From: Octopus vulgaris | Lineage: Eukaryota | NCBI GenBank assembly: GCA_951406725.2 | Contig: OX597814.1 | Span: 107,198,001-107,262,000, forward strand | Direction: 5' to 3' | DNA: 64,000 bases | Shown here: one piece after another, positions 14,140 to 27,375 of the stretch | Layout of the letters: each line of letters opens with the position of its first letter | How positions within the stretch are numbered: position 1 is the first letter of the stretch | Program-made: the position numbers and the translations under genes | The notes under the pieces: model-generated | What the model saw: the letters and a program-made list of their open reading frames with translations, nothing else | Told to the model about the DNA's origin: nothing | Databases searched by the model: none

Positions 14140-15439
14140 GTGATGACGGTAATATTATAGATGCATAAATACTTGCTACACTGATGTGATTAAAATGAAT
14201 ATTAAGATATAACGAATGTCATCAACATGTATTAATGAGTTAGATGGAGTGATTTAAGAGATATAGATGTAGGTTTCTTGTAAGCATCACAACGTTTAGA
14301 TAATACATATAATATTGTCGGCATAATCACTAAATATTTACACGGATGCTGTTGGGTTGTTTATTTAGTGGATTTATATTTACACTGTGGCAGTTAGATA
14401 GTTGATATTGCATTGTATTTTAGTTCAATTTCTACAGAGAATGACATTGTATTTGTTGTACATATATTCTGGAGTTGATTAAATTGCCAGTAATGGTCTT
14501 TCTTTATAGATTTTTTAGCCTTCGATCGATGTAAAAAGACAGCAAAAAAAAATTTCCCCTTCAATATTTATTACCTTTTTAAAGTGGTGAACAGGCAGAA
14601 ATGTTAGCATGCTAGTTGAAATGCTTTGCGGTATTTTGTCTGGCAGAAACGTTAGCACGCCGGGCGTAATGCTTTGCGGTATTTAGTCTGCCGCTACATT
14701 CAGAGATCAAATTCCGCTGAGGTTGACTTTGCCTTTCATCCTTTTGGGGTCGATTAAGTAAGTACCAGTTATGCACTGGGGTCGATATAATCGACTTAAT
14801 CCGTTTGTCTGTCCTTGTTTGTCCCCTCTGTGTTTAGCCTCTGTGGGTAATAAAGAAATAGGTATTTCGTCTGTTTTTGTGTTTAGAGTTCAAATTCCAC
14901 CAAGGTCGATTTTGCTTTTTATCCTTTCAGGGTTGATGAATGAAGTGTCAGTTGCATACTGGGGTCGATCTAATCGATTGGTCCCCTCCCCCAAAATTTT
15001 GCACTTTGAGCCTAGAGTATTAAAGAATATTTATTACCTTTTTCCCAAAGCAGCAATATAGTAGTATCATTAGTATGCCAGGCACATTGCTTAGTAGCAT
15101 TTCATCCATCTGCTTGTTCTGATTTCGACTACCAAGGTTGACTTTGCTTTCATCCTTTTGGGGTCTATAAATGCATACCAAGGTTGATGTAAATGACTTA
15201 GCCCCCTCCTTCGAAATTGCTGGCCTTGCACCAAAATTTGAAACAAATATTTCCTTTTATTCTTTTACTTGTTTCAGTCATTTGACTGCGGCCATGCTGG
15301 GGCATAGCCTTGAAAAATTTAGTCAAATGTATCAACCCTAGTACTTCTTTTTCTTTCTTTTTATTAGAGCCTGGTACTTATTCAGTCTCTTTCACCAAAC
15401 AGCTCAGCTACAGGGACATAAACACACCAACACTAGTTG

Positions 15440-15539
15440 NNNNNNNNNNNNNNNNNNNNNNNNNNNNNNNNNNNNNNNNNNNNNNNNNNNNNNNNNNNNN
15501 NNNNNNNNNNNNNNNNNNNNNNNNNNNNNNNNNNNNNNN
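15440..15539. other. Assembly gap (100 N)
   Basis: Run of N. The SINE on its left is cut at the gap. Confidence 0.99.
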
Positions 15540-15895
15540 ATTGCTCATATATACATCATATTATATTATTATCTTTATAATTCACTTCCATCTTTACCCT
15601 TTAATTGTCACTTTAATTTTAACTTTCCTATGACATACAACTTTCAAGATGGTATAATTTGGTTGTTCATTTTGAACCGATAAAAAGGTTTTTTTCAAAT
15701 ATTTTATGTATAAGTCTGTGTGTGTATATATATGTGTTGGTATAAATATCAACACACAAAAATATTTTTTCTTCTCCACTTCCTCCCTTATTTTTATTTT
15801 TATTTTTATTTTTTTATTTTTTATTCTTTATATTTTTATTTATTCTTTATATTTTTTTATTTTATTTTTTTATTTTTTGTTTTTATTTTATTTTA

Positions 15896-16129
<234 letters not shown>

Positions 16130-16242
16130 CTATGCACAACACACACTCAGTGACATTGAAATGGACAGCCAAAGTTCTTATAAAACCACAGGGGGTCCAG
16201 CAGACCAACGGAAATAACACTTCTTCACTCTCAGATATAAAT

Positions 16243-16308
<66 letters not shown>

Positions 16309-16563
16309 ACATATTTTCTCTCTCTGTCTCACTTCCTCCTCACCCACTACTACGAAACTATAAAAAGGTTCAAACTACCCACAACTGATTTGATTTGAAA
16401 ACCCACTAGAATGGGAGCAAGCGCTAATCCGAATGATACGATATATATGTAAAAAATGTAATATATAAATAAATATCTACAAATATGAACCATCTGATCT
16501 GATTACCTCAATTTTTCTAATATATAATACCTGTACATCATCTCCAAACCTTCCGATATATAC

Positions 16564-16594
<31 letters not shown>

Positions 16595-16611
16595 CATATA
16601 TATATATACAC

Positions 16612-16686
<75 letters not shown>

Positions 16687-17093
16687 CATATAAAAAAGGA
16701 ATACAAAAAGTGGGACAAGAATGCAAAACATCCAGACAGATGATACAAAAAGGAACAAGAACAAACAAGGATGGGTCATTCGGAGTTTCTTTCCTCAGTC
16801 GAGTTCCAAATTATCTAAGCAATTTTGGCTGGTTATACTTGAGATTGCTCCAATCTGGCCAGCTCCAAGGAAAAACTAAGCTAAGAGCACTAGATTCCTT
16901 GGAAGAAAGCAAATGTATATGAAAACAAGGACGGAAAAAAAACCGGAGAAATAGTACACATATAAATGCAAATAACAGGACATACCTGTCATCTCTTATG
17001 TCCCTGCCATAAGGCTTCATTTCAACACATGGCAGCTTAATTTAATTCGTCCTTAGTCAAAAGACACCTGTTGTTAATGTCCTGTTAGGGTTA

Positions 17094-17309
17094 TTGACGG
17101 ATATTTGTCCTCATCTTGTTTGTTGTTAACACAACATTTCGGCTGATATGCCCTCCAGCCTTCATCAGGTGTCTTTAGGAATGAGAACCCAGGTTCGAAA
17201 TTTCCTCAAGAAGGCTGAAATGTTGTGTTAGCAACAAACAAGATGAGGACAAATATCCGTCAAATGTAAATAATGTACATAATTCCTCATTTCTTAAACA
17301 TAGAACTGT
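17094..17309. mobile_element. Inverted pair of truncated hammerhead-element copies
   Basis: Minus copy at 17094-17175 with a recognisable core, joined to a plus copy at 17175-17309 whose core is deleted. Confidence 0.7.
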
Positions 17310-17319
17310 ACCAACAAAG

Positions 17320-17490
17320 GTGTCGCTTCCTATGAACAGAACAGGGTGGCAGAGGCACAAAGGAAATGCTAATTGCATCAGTTCAGAGCCAACTCGTCAC
17401 CTTCAGTCCTGGCAGGCTGTCAGTGCCTGACCCGCATCAGAACCTTCCAGGCATGCATCAGACTGCTTGGTCACAGCTGGACACATCATG
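17320..17490 (+). mobile_element. Decayed RTE LINE C-terminal zinc-finger fragment
   Basis: EQNRVAEAQRK...CLTRIRTFQACIRLLGHSWTH resembles the RTE terminal CxxCxRxFxARIGLxGHxRTH motif. Confidence 0.55.
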
Positions 17491-20046
17491 CCCCATCTTC
17501 TCCCATGTGTTGTCCTTTGTCATCATTCACAACAGCAAATGAACTGATACCGGATGGGAAGAAAGTCCCCTCTGCTTATTAGAACCAATAACACTAATAA
17601 CCAGTTGTTAGTACTCAATAGATTTATGCTTTAGAGGTGTTTGTTGGGTGTAATATTAATTAATTAATAAGAGACCAGGAATCCTGTAATCAATACAATT
17701 AGCTCAGAGCTGTTTCTACTATAAAAAGCAGCGCACTTGCGTTTCAGTTTCTGTCTACCAAATTCACTCCCAAAACTTTGGTTAGCCTGAGGCTATAGTA
17801 GAACTTGCCCAAGGTAGCGTACGGTGAGGACAAAATCCGAGTCCCCAATGTTGGGAAGGAAGCTTTTTAATGACACAGCTATTCTTGGAAATGAATTCTT
17901 TGTTTCCATCAAACACAATGGATTATATTTCTGAAAGACCTTCGTGCTACCATATTGAATTTCAACATTCTAAACAAAGTTGAATTATTGATTTTTCTCA
18001 TCTCTTTGTTGTTGTTGTTGTTGTTGTTGTTGTGGTGGTGGTGGTCAGTTTTTGGTCAGGAGATGGGGAAGAGAGGTATGAGAAGAAGCAAGGTCAGAGA
18101 AGATGAGAAGGAAGGGATTTGCAATCATTTTAAACACAGTATATTACTGGTATAATTTTGATATCTGACAAATGAGTTGGTAGATTTAAATTTGTGACCA
18201 GGAATAAAATAATAATTAGGAACGATGCCAGAGAGAGCTTTTTATTATTTTTCCAAACTTTTTTATGCTTTATCTTTCTTTCTTTCTCTCTCTCTTAGTC
18301 TGTTGCATTCAGTTTTCTACAATACGAACACAAACCATTTTCTCTGAAGAGACACCAATTATGAATTCTCTTAGACAGTCCAAAAGAGAAGAAAATGTGG
18401 GCGGAGGGAAGTACATTGCCTTTATTTAAGGATTTCAATTTAATCTACATGAAAGAAACAATTTTTGTTTTGTATTTTCTAATTTCTTAATCATTAAAGT
18501 AAAAAAGAGATTTTGTCTTCATAGAAATTGGGGTTTTCTTTTTTCTTTTTTGTCTTAAATTTTTTTTTCTCCAGAAGTTATACAAAAATGTGTGTGCGTC
18601 AACCAGTCAAAGATGTATTTATTCTTAATTAGTAAAACCTGGACATATAAAATTAACTGCAACAATCCCTCAACTGCCATAGAAAAGCACTTACATTTTT
18701 ATTTATTTATTTATTTTCTTTTTGTTACTCTAAAGAACATTCCTGAACAATCTGAGGTTACATTAAATTGATTTTGATGTAGAGAGGGTTGGAATATCTG
18801 GATTTTTGTACTATTTCAATGACTTCTGTTAACGGAAACACTGTAGCAGGAATATTTAGTAATTAAACCTGCATCACTATATCTGATGTCAAAAGCATAA
18901 ATACAATCACAATTTCTTAAAATCTTACCATCATCAAAAAATTTGACCATTCAGGAGTGTGTGTAAAACTGGATCTAGCAACAATTTTATCTTTGGTACA
19001 ATATATTCAAAGAGCATTTTAGTCACTACCGACAGACAGCTGGTGGCAGACATCAAGCTGAATATAGAAGATGGCAGTCAGCTGACATTAGAAGAATCAG
19101 CAGCTGGCCAAAGCGCTGTCACAGCACGAAAACAATGGACAGACAGTGGCAGCAGCACACAATAATTGGCTAACATGAAGAAACTCGTGGCAGTGACTGC
19201 GATTACACTGATTCCAAGAGCAGTAACCTTTGAAGTGTCTCGGTATTATTCATTTCTATTCTGTTACTTGTTTCAGTCAGTTTGACTGGCCATGCTGGAG
19301 CACTGCCTTTTGTTGAACGAATCGCTCCCAGGACTTATTCTTTGTAAGCCTAGCACTTATTCTATCTGGCTCTTTTGCCGAACCACTAAGTTACAGATGT
19401 AAACACACCAATGCTGGTTGTCATAACAATTTTTTGTTTACGATATTTTTATATAAAAAATCCCAAACTGATCTGTTTTTTTTTTATCTTAGCAACACTA
19501 ACCAATGTTAAATTCACCGCAGTATATCACAGGTACCCATTGACTCCTGAAAGATAACAACTAGCTGATCTCAGCAAAGTTTGAAACCTAACTGGGTTAT
19601 GCACCATCTAGGAAGGGCATCCAGCTGTAGGAACCTTTCCAGATCAGATTGGAGCTTGGAGCAGCCTCCTACCTTGCCAGTCCTCAGTCGAACTGTCCAG
19701 CCCATGCCAGCACAGAAAGTGGACATTAAACTGATGATGATGAAATTGAAAGAAATTCAGTGTATGTGTGTGTGTTTGTCTCCCTTGTCTTGAGGTCATG
19801 TGATAGTTGTAAACGAGAATCTGTCATACAAGCAGTGTCGTTCATTTCCAATCTTCTCCAAAAAACATGTCTAGCCATGGAGGGAAATATTACTTTGCTT
19901 GGAAACAGGTGAGGGTAGGTGACAGGAAGGGCACCCAGCTGTATAAAATCTGTCTCAATGAACTCCATCTGATCCATGCAAGCAATGTTTCATGATAGAA
20001 AGGTATACCTGGGTAATACCCCCACCCTACCCCAGTAATCTTTTAA

Positions 20047-20388
20047 TTAGTGCTAGTGCATGCATATACAGCTGCGTGCGTGCATGCACACATACATGCG
20101 AGTACTGTCCAAATCTCTGACCAGTCACATACAGCTAGCTGGCATTCAATTGGCGTATCAAATTTCGGGCATTTTGATTGGATTTTAGATAGAAAATTCA
20201 CAAAAAGTCACTTCTATTGATTGTTTAATGGCTTTGCGGGGTGACTGGGGAAATGTAAAGATGTGCACAACCACCCTTGGACGGTTTTGAATGACCATAG
20301 AAAGTGCAAGCCCTCTAACTGGAAAATTGTGGATTTGTATAAAGGGTACACACACAGACAGACATTTTGCCGTTTATATATATAGAGA
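20047..20388 (-). mobile_element. Probable non-autonomous Helitron
   Basis: The minus strand starts TCTATATATATAAA, continues with a (TCTG)/(TG) microsatellite, and ends in a GC-rich palindromic stretch followed by CTAG/CTAA. Confidence 0.5.
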
Positions 20389-21164
20389 ATAAAGACATGT
20401 ATTGCCTGCTGGACATAATAAGCCAATGCCTTGAAGTCTGTAGCTGAGAATAGACTTAGCAGATGTGAAGTCTTGGCAGGTTGCTGTTGTCATATATCCT
20501 CGTGTCTACCTTGTTTAGGCAAGACCTAGGATCAAAAGTAGTTCTGCCATGACCATCCCTGTAAATTTTACATATATACAACTTCATTATTCATTGTGTT
20601 CTTCTTGCCCTAAGATGGTAGGGTGTGATTTGAAAGAAATTTAGCTGCTACATCTAACAGCAGATGCAACCATATAGGCGCTCCTACATTTGGCCCCTAA
20701 AACGGGGGCCAAGTCAATTCAGGAGCAATGCATCCAGCAGCAGTTGCAGTAAGGCTGTAGAACTGACAAGTATGCAAAAGCATCCACATGCCCATTCCTC
20801 TGGAAATGTCCATGCACCCCCCACCCAATGACACCCATGTGCCCTCCCCCTTAATGGTGCAGTGACCTTAGAGTTCTGTACTCTATCCATATCACAATTC
20901 CTCCAGTAATCCATGCAACTTGCAGATTTTTTTCTTGTTTTAGTCATCGGACTGTGACCATGCTGGGGCACCACCTTGAATTTTGAACCAAATGGATTCT
21001 CCCCCACCCCACTAATTATTTTTTTTGTTTTAAGTCTGGTACAAATTCTGTTGGTCTCTTTTGTTCAACATAAACAAACCAACACCAGTTGTCAAGCTGT
21101 GGTGTGGGACAAACAGGCATAAACACTCTCTCTCTCACACAAATAAATATGTGTGTGTGTGTGA

Positions 21165-21910
21165 TCATCATCATCTGGCATGGGTTGGACAGTTTGATTG
21201 GAACTTGTAAGCCACAGAGCTGCACCAGGTTTCAGTCTGATTTCTACAGTTGGTTTCTACAGCTAGATGCCCTTACTAACACCAACCACTCCAGAAGTGT
21301 AATGGGTGCTTTATTGTGCCAGTTGCATGACCCCTTCCATGACTGTGATTCCACTTGGCTTGATGGGTCTTCTTCTCACACATGGCATATCACCAAAGGT
21401 CACGGTTATTTGTCATTGTTCCCACGAGGCCTGACGCTCAAAAGTTACTTTTTCCATGCCACTGGCACAGGTGCCAGTTATGTGGCACTGGCTTCAGCCA
21501 CATTTCCTCTGTGATACCCAACTCTTGAAAGGTGCCTTATATGTGCCACCAGCACAGGTGCCAGTTTTGCGCCACCAGCATCAGCCACATTGCCTCCATA
21601 AGGCCCAATGCTTGACAGGTACTTCTTATGTGCCACCAGCATTGAGCCTCTGTGAGCCCAATGCTCAAAAGGTGCTTTCTACATGCCACTGGTATGGGTG
21701 CCAGTTATGTAACACTGGCATTGTCCACGACTCTGAATTTCTCTTAGCTAGACGGGTCTTCTTGAGTGACATTGCCAAAGGTCTCGGTCACCAGTCGTTG
21801 CCTCTGTGATGCCCAACGTTTGAAGATCATGTTTCACCACCTCATACCATGTCTTCCTGGGTCTACCGCTTCCACAGGTTCCCTCCATGGTTAGAGATTG
21901 GCACTTCTTT
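21165..21910 (-). mobile_element. 5'-truncated RTE LINE (end of ORF plus variant 3'UTR)
   Basis: Minus-strand EGTCGSGRPRKTWYEVVKHDLQTLGITEATTGDRDLW, followed by a repeat-rich UTR and tail. Confidence 0.85.
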
Positions 21911-24389
21911 ATACACTCACACACACACACAAGATGGGCTTCTTTCATTTTTCATCACCCAAATCCACTCAGGTAGCTTTGGTTGACTTGAAGCTATAGT
22001 AGAAGACACTTGCCTAAGGTGCCATGCAGTGGGACTGAACTCAGAACCATGTGGTTGGGAAGCAACCACACTTGTGTAGAACTGATTTATGGTATCATGT
22101 AACTACTTTGGTCACTGCACCGGTGCTAGTGCCATGTAAAATGCACCCAATACACTCTGTAAAGTGGTTGGAATAAGAAGGACCCCCAGCTGTAGAAACC
22201 CTGCCAAAGCAGACAAATGGCACTTGGTGCAGTTCTCTGGCTCATCCAGTTCCTATTGAGCCATCCAACCCGTTCCAACGTGGAATACAGATGTTAAATG
22301 ATGGTGATGATGATGCTGACACAAACCATAACTTCTTCATTGTGTGAACCTTTTGAATAGATCTTAGCTGGGCCCCTAATCCCCAAGAAACTCAAATGAA
22401 ACAACAAAACTTTGAAGACTGAATATATTTTCCTTTATCATTAGGTGCAGGCGGGGTAGCTGTGTGGTAAGAAGCTTGCTTACCAACTGCAACTGTATGG
22501 TTCCGGGTTCAGTCCCACTGTGTGGCACATTGGGCAAATGTCTTCTATTATAGCTCCAGGACAACCAAACCCTTGTGGGTAGATTGGGTTGATGGAAACT
22601 GAAAGAAGCCCATGTGTGAGTGTGTGTGTGTAATATATATATATATATATATTCATATATATATAAGAACACTATGTAAGTGTGTGTCTGTTTGTCTCCC
22701 AACCAATGTTGTGCTTGCATCCACATAACATAGCAGTTCAACAAAAAGAGAATGAGAGAATAAGTCCAAGGTTTAAAAAAATAAGTTCTAGGGTTAATCC
22801 ATTCAACTAAAATCCTTAAACTCCCTCAAGGCAGTGCTCCAGCATGGCCACAGTCTAATGAATGAAAACAAGTAAAAGATAAAAGATTAGTTACTAAATT
22901 AGTAAACTTGCTCATCAACCAATCAAACAAACATACCAGAAAACAGCAGTGGAACCTAATTTTTCAGATGTTGGATAGAGGGGGTTGGTGGATGGGTGGG
23001 TAGGTTGATAAACAATGTCAATGATGATCTTATAAATATTGCATGCGTACTTGTATGGATGGGTGAGTTTATTGATATTTACATATAAATGATAAAAAAA
23101 AGAAAAAAAAGCCAACTGTCACCAGTTAAAGACAGCCGTTCTTTAAAACCGATATTTCCACCTCGAAATTGGAGTTAAACCTATTTTCTGTTTGATTGCC
23201 TGCAAAGAGAAAGTTCCATTAATACCGTTTTAATTCCTTGCTGTGCAATCGACAGAATCTTGCCAGAACAGCATCACCACTGTGCTTTATAACAAACAGT
23301 GTCTCTTATTGATACGACAACTCAGATGTTACTCGAACCACCTTGTTTAACACTGGCACATTTCACATTTGACTCAACGGATTGGAAATTGGAGAGAAAA
23401 ACACAAACACCAGAAAATAGAATTGTTCGGTTGATTGTTTTTGTAGATTTTATTCTCTAAAAGAATGGATTTCATCACCACCCCGTTCCTTACATTTCTT
23501 CTGTGTCTTGCTAAAATGTTTATATTGCTGGAATAAGAATTGCAATCGGTCTTTCTGTCTGAGTTGTTTTATCCTTTCATTAGTTTCAAGGCAGAGAACT
23601 GGCAGAAACGTTAGCACGCCAGGCGAAATGCTTAACGGTATTTCGTCTGCTGCTACATTCTGAGTTCAAATTCCGCCGAGGTTGACTTTGCCTTTCGTCC
23701 TTTCGGGGTCGATTAAATAAGTACCAGTTACACACTGGGGTCAATATAATCGACTCAATCCATTTGTCTGTCCTTGTTTGTCCCCACTGTGTTTAGCTCC
23801 CCCCCTTTGTGAGTAGTAAAGAAATAGGTATTTCATTTGCCGTTACGTTCTGATTTCAAATTCCGCCGAGGCCGACTTTGCCTTTCATCCTTTCGGGGAT
23901 GATAAATTAAATACCAGTTGCATACTAGGGTCGGTCTAATTGACTGGCATCTTCCCCCAAAATTTTGGGCCTTGTGCCTAGTGTAGAAAAGATTCTTTCA
24001 TTTGTTTCTGTCCTCAAACTGTGGCCATGCTGGGGCACCACCTTGAATATTTAGTCAAGTGAATTGACCCCAGTAGTTATTCTTTTTTAAAGTCTGGTAC
24101 TTATTCTGTGAGTCTCTTTTGCTGAACTGCTAGGTTATGGGGACACAGACATGCCAACACTGGTTGTCAAGTGATGCTGGACACACACATACATGATGGG
24201 CTTCCTTTTTAGTCTCCATCTGCCAAATCCACTCACAAAGTTTTGGGTAACCCTAGACTATTGTAGAAGCCACTTGCCTAAAGTGCCACACAGTGGGACT
24301 GAATCCAGAACCATTGAGTGGGGAGCAAGCTTCTTACCACACAACCATGCCTGCACCCGTTATCTAAATAAAGTTTAGAACAAATGTCA

Positions 24390-24942
24390 AAATCAAATTT
24401 GACAACTGGCATCCGTGCTAGCGGGGTGCAAAGAGCACCATATGAGGGTGATCGTTGACAGAGTGGCTAACTGGCTTCCATGTCAGTGGCACATAAAAGG
24501 GCAACATTCGAGTGTGATCGTTACCAGTGTCGCCTTACTGGAACTTGTGCCCGTGCTAGTAGGGTGCCAAGAGCACCATCTGAGCGTGATCGTTGCCAGA
24601 ACAGCCAACTGGCTTCCATGCCGGTGGCACTTAAAAGGGCACCATTTGAGCGTGATTGTTACCAATGTCGTCTTATTGGCACCTGTGCCAGTGACATGCG
24701 TAAAAAGATTCGAACAAGGTCGTTGCCAGTACCGTCTGACTGGCCCTGTGCCGGTGGCACATAAAAAGCATCCACTACACTCTCGGAGTGGTTGGCATTA
24801 GGAAGGGCATCCAGCTGTAGAAACTCTACCAGATCAAGATTGGAGCCTGGTACCGCCATCTGGTTCGCCAGCCCTCAGTCAAAATCATCGAACCCATGCT
24901 AGCATGGAAAGTGGACGTTAAGCAATGATGACGATGATGATG
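24390..24942 (+). mobile_element. RTE LINE 3'UTR copy. Other copies at about 10-254, 4275-4445, 12638-12780, 19608-19742, 22120-22315, 25817-26207, 28938-29337, 29712-30118, 30355-30517, 40545-40714, 42612-42760(-), 49255-49770(-), 53527-53797 and 56748-57155
   Basis: Shared core cactacactctcggagtggttggc(g/a)ttaggaagggcatccagctgtagaaac...aacccatgc(c/t)agcatggaaa..ggacgtta followed by (GAT)n. Internal gtgccggtggcac..aaaagcacc subrepeats. Matches the UTR attached to the RT ORF at 60112-61460. Confidence 0.85.
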
Positions 24943-25146
24943 TCATTTTGAAGTTTTACAAGTGTGTGTGTGTGTGTGTGTGTGTGCACGCACATGTGCA
25001 TATGTGTGTGTCCCTTTATCAATGCTTTTCTTTGTATAAAGCTAACTCCATAATAAAAGAATGTCAACTGAACATTGCTAGTTTTTCCAAGTCATGATTG
25101 ATACATTTCTCTCCATCATCCTCACCACCACAGCCACACCCCCATT

Positions 25147-25422
25147 CAGTGGGTGGACTTAGTCTAAAAATATTGGTTGCCAGGAAACTAAGGGGGCCTA
25201 CCCGCAACTACAATGCTATCATTTAATGCTTTTTTTTTGTTAAAAGTATTCTTTTCAACTGTCTACAAACACAGCCAGGTTGAAATAATTGGTGCATTCT
25301 TCCTGGAGTGAATAAAAAATTCTCAAACTCAAGGGGATAGGTCCCTTAGATACTCACATAGACCTGCTTATATGGATTCTAATGGCGCAGGGGCCCACTT
25401 GCCATCGGGCAACCTGCCACTA
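25147..25422 (+). mobile_element. hAT-type MITE
   Basis: Perfect 8-bp TSD CCCCCATT at 25139-46 and 25423-30. CAGTGG...CCACTA termini. Reverse-orientation homolog of 39703-40013. Confidence 0.85.
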
Positions 25423-26881
25423 CCCCCATTGTATCCAAAGTGAATTGGGTGGAATACCGTGTTGCCTTGCTAATGTCAGCAGAAAGCTGTTTTTGGATTA
25501 TAGATGAATTCTTCACAAAGCCAATATTACATTTATTTTAATTTCATATATTCTCTCAAATAATTAATTTCATTATTTCTTAATTATATAATTAAGTCTC
25601 CAGTAATTATGGGAATTCTTGTCAACCTAATAATAAATCTTTCGTTTGTTGTTGGTTTGAGTAACATCAAAACAAAACGGCCTGATTTGTTTGTTTTTTT
25701 TTTAGACGAGAACACAATCAGTCTATTGTTAATGATGGTAAAATATATTACTTCACATGTTGGAAACACTTCAGAGTTTTACTATGAAACAATGAGTATT
25801 AGATCAGCCCATCCAAAGTGCCTTGGATTGTAGGACAGCCTGCTGTGCTTACCTTGGATCGTAGGGCGACCTTCTGTGCTTGAGGAGATCTATTGAGTCA
25901 AGTACATCAACATCAAAAAATCAAATGGAAATTGTAGTTGTGATACCTGTGCCGGTGGCACGTAAAAAGCACCATCCAAACATGGCCGATGCCAGTGCCG
26001 CCTTAACTGGCTTTCATGCTGGTGGCATGTAAAATGCACCCACTACACTCACGGAGTGGTTGGCGTTAAGAAGGGCATCCAGCTGTAGAAATTCTACCAG
26101 ATCAGAATGGGGCTTGGTGCAGCCTCCTGGCTTCCCAGACTCATCGAACCGTCCAACCCATGCTAGCACGGAAAACGGATGTTAAACGATGATGATGATG
26201 ATGATGAATGAGTATATTGCAGTGGAGCTAGAAACAGCAGCCAAATCTCCTTCACATAAAATTCTATCATCTCAAAGCAAAACCATTGTTGGATAATGTT
26301 AACCTAGATCATGGTATCAACCAAACTAGTGGATGTTATACATCACTTGTTACAATATGCTTTACATTATTTTAGCTTTCAAATGAGGCTACCCCACTAA
26401 CTAGGCATTCCCCCTGATCGGAAGGGTATTCCGTCACATGGTGACCCATTTACAGCTGAGTGGACTGGAGCAATGTGAAATGAAGGGTTTTTTTTTCCCC
26501 AATGTGTCACCCAGTTCAGGAATTGAACCCATGATCTAGCAATCACGAGTGAAACACCCCCTAACTATAAGACCACACACCTTGATGTTATCCTAATTAC
26601 ACTTTTGAAGAAAAAAGGTGTGATTGCTACAGTTGGAATGACTTTAATTATCGGTTGGTTTGATTAATACTGAGTTGGGGCTAATTAAGAGGAATATGGT
26701 GCAAAGCTAGGAAAATGTGGTGATGGCATCAATTATTGAAATATTTATAAATCTATAGACACATCAAAACCATAATAGTAAAAACAGGAATCAGTGGACA
26801 TTTGGTTAGGCTCTGAATGATACACAGTTAAGATTGATTCATGAGAGTGCTTCCAAAAATATCAGAATTTCCTCATATTAT

Positions 26882-27375
26882 TTGTATCATTCTTATAGCT
26901 GGCTACACCGAGTTCCCTTGTATCATTCCTATAGCTGGCTACATGGAGTTCCCTTGTACCATTCCTATAGCTGGCTACACAGAGCTCCCTTGTACCATTC
27001 CTATAGCTGGCTACACAGAGCTCCCTTGTACCATTCCTATAGCTGGCTACACAGAGCTCCCTTGTACCATTCCTATAGCTGGCTACACAGAGCTCCCTTG
27101 CACCATTCCTATAGCTGGCTACACAGAGCTCCCTTGCACCATTCCTATAGCTGGCTACACAGAGCTCCCTTGTACCATTCCTATAGCTGGCTACACAGAG
27201 CTCCCTTGCACCATTCCTATAGCTGGCTACACAGAGCTCCCTTGTACCATTCCTATAGCTGGCTACACAGAGCTCCCTTGCACCATTCCTATAGCTGGCT
27301 ACACGGAGCTCCCTTGCACCATTCCTATAGCTGGCTACACAGAGCTCCCTTGCACCATTCCTATAGCTGGCTACA
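26882..27375. repeat. 36-bp minisatellite, about 13.7 near-identical copies
   Basis: Unit cccttg(t/c)accattcctatagctggctacacagagct, head to tail with no spacers. Confidence 0.95.

Noticed and set aside
14170-14330. Minus-strand HVDDIRYI as a Penelope RT YVDD motif
   Set aside because: A single short motif with no supporting flanking motifs; could be chance.
16690-16990. Minus-strand ctgaggaaagaaac as a hammerhead core
   Set aside because: There is no stem II between CTGAGGA and GAAAC and no clear stem I. It is probably a fragment of an unassigned repeat.
18959-19240. 68-aa ORF in moderately GC-rich unique sequence
   Set aside because: No recognisable motif, no similarity to VAT1L exon 1, and no convincing splice-site pair.
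24415-24859. Overlapping 94-128 aa ORFs in the GC-richer repeats (also 29665-30003, 49267-49624, 56730-56984)
   Set aside because: These lie in LINE 3'UTR copies, and the frames are not conserved between copies.
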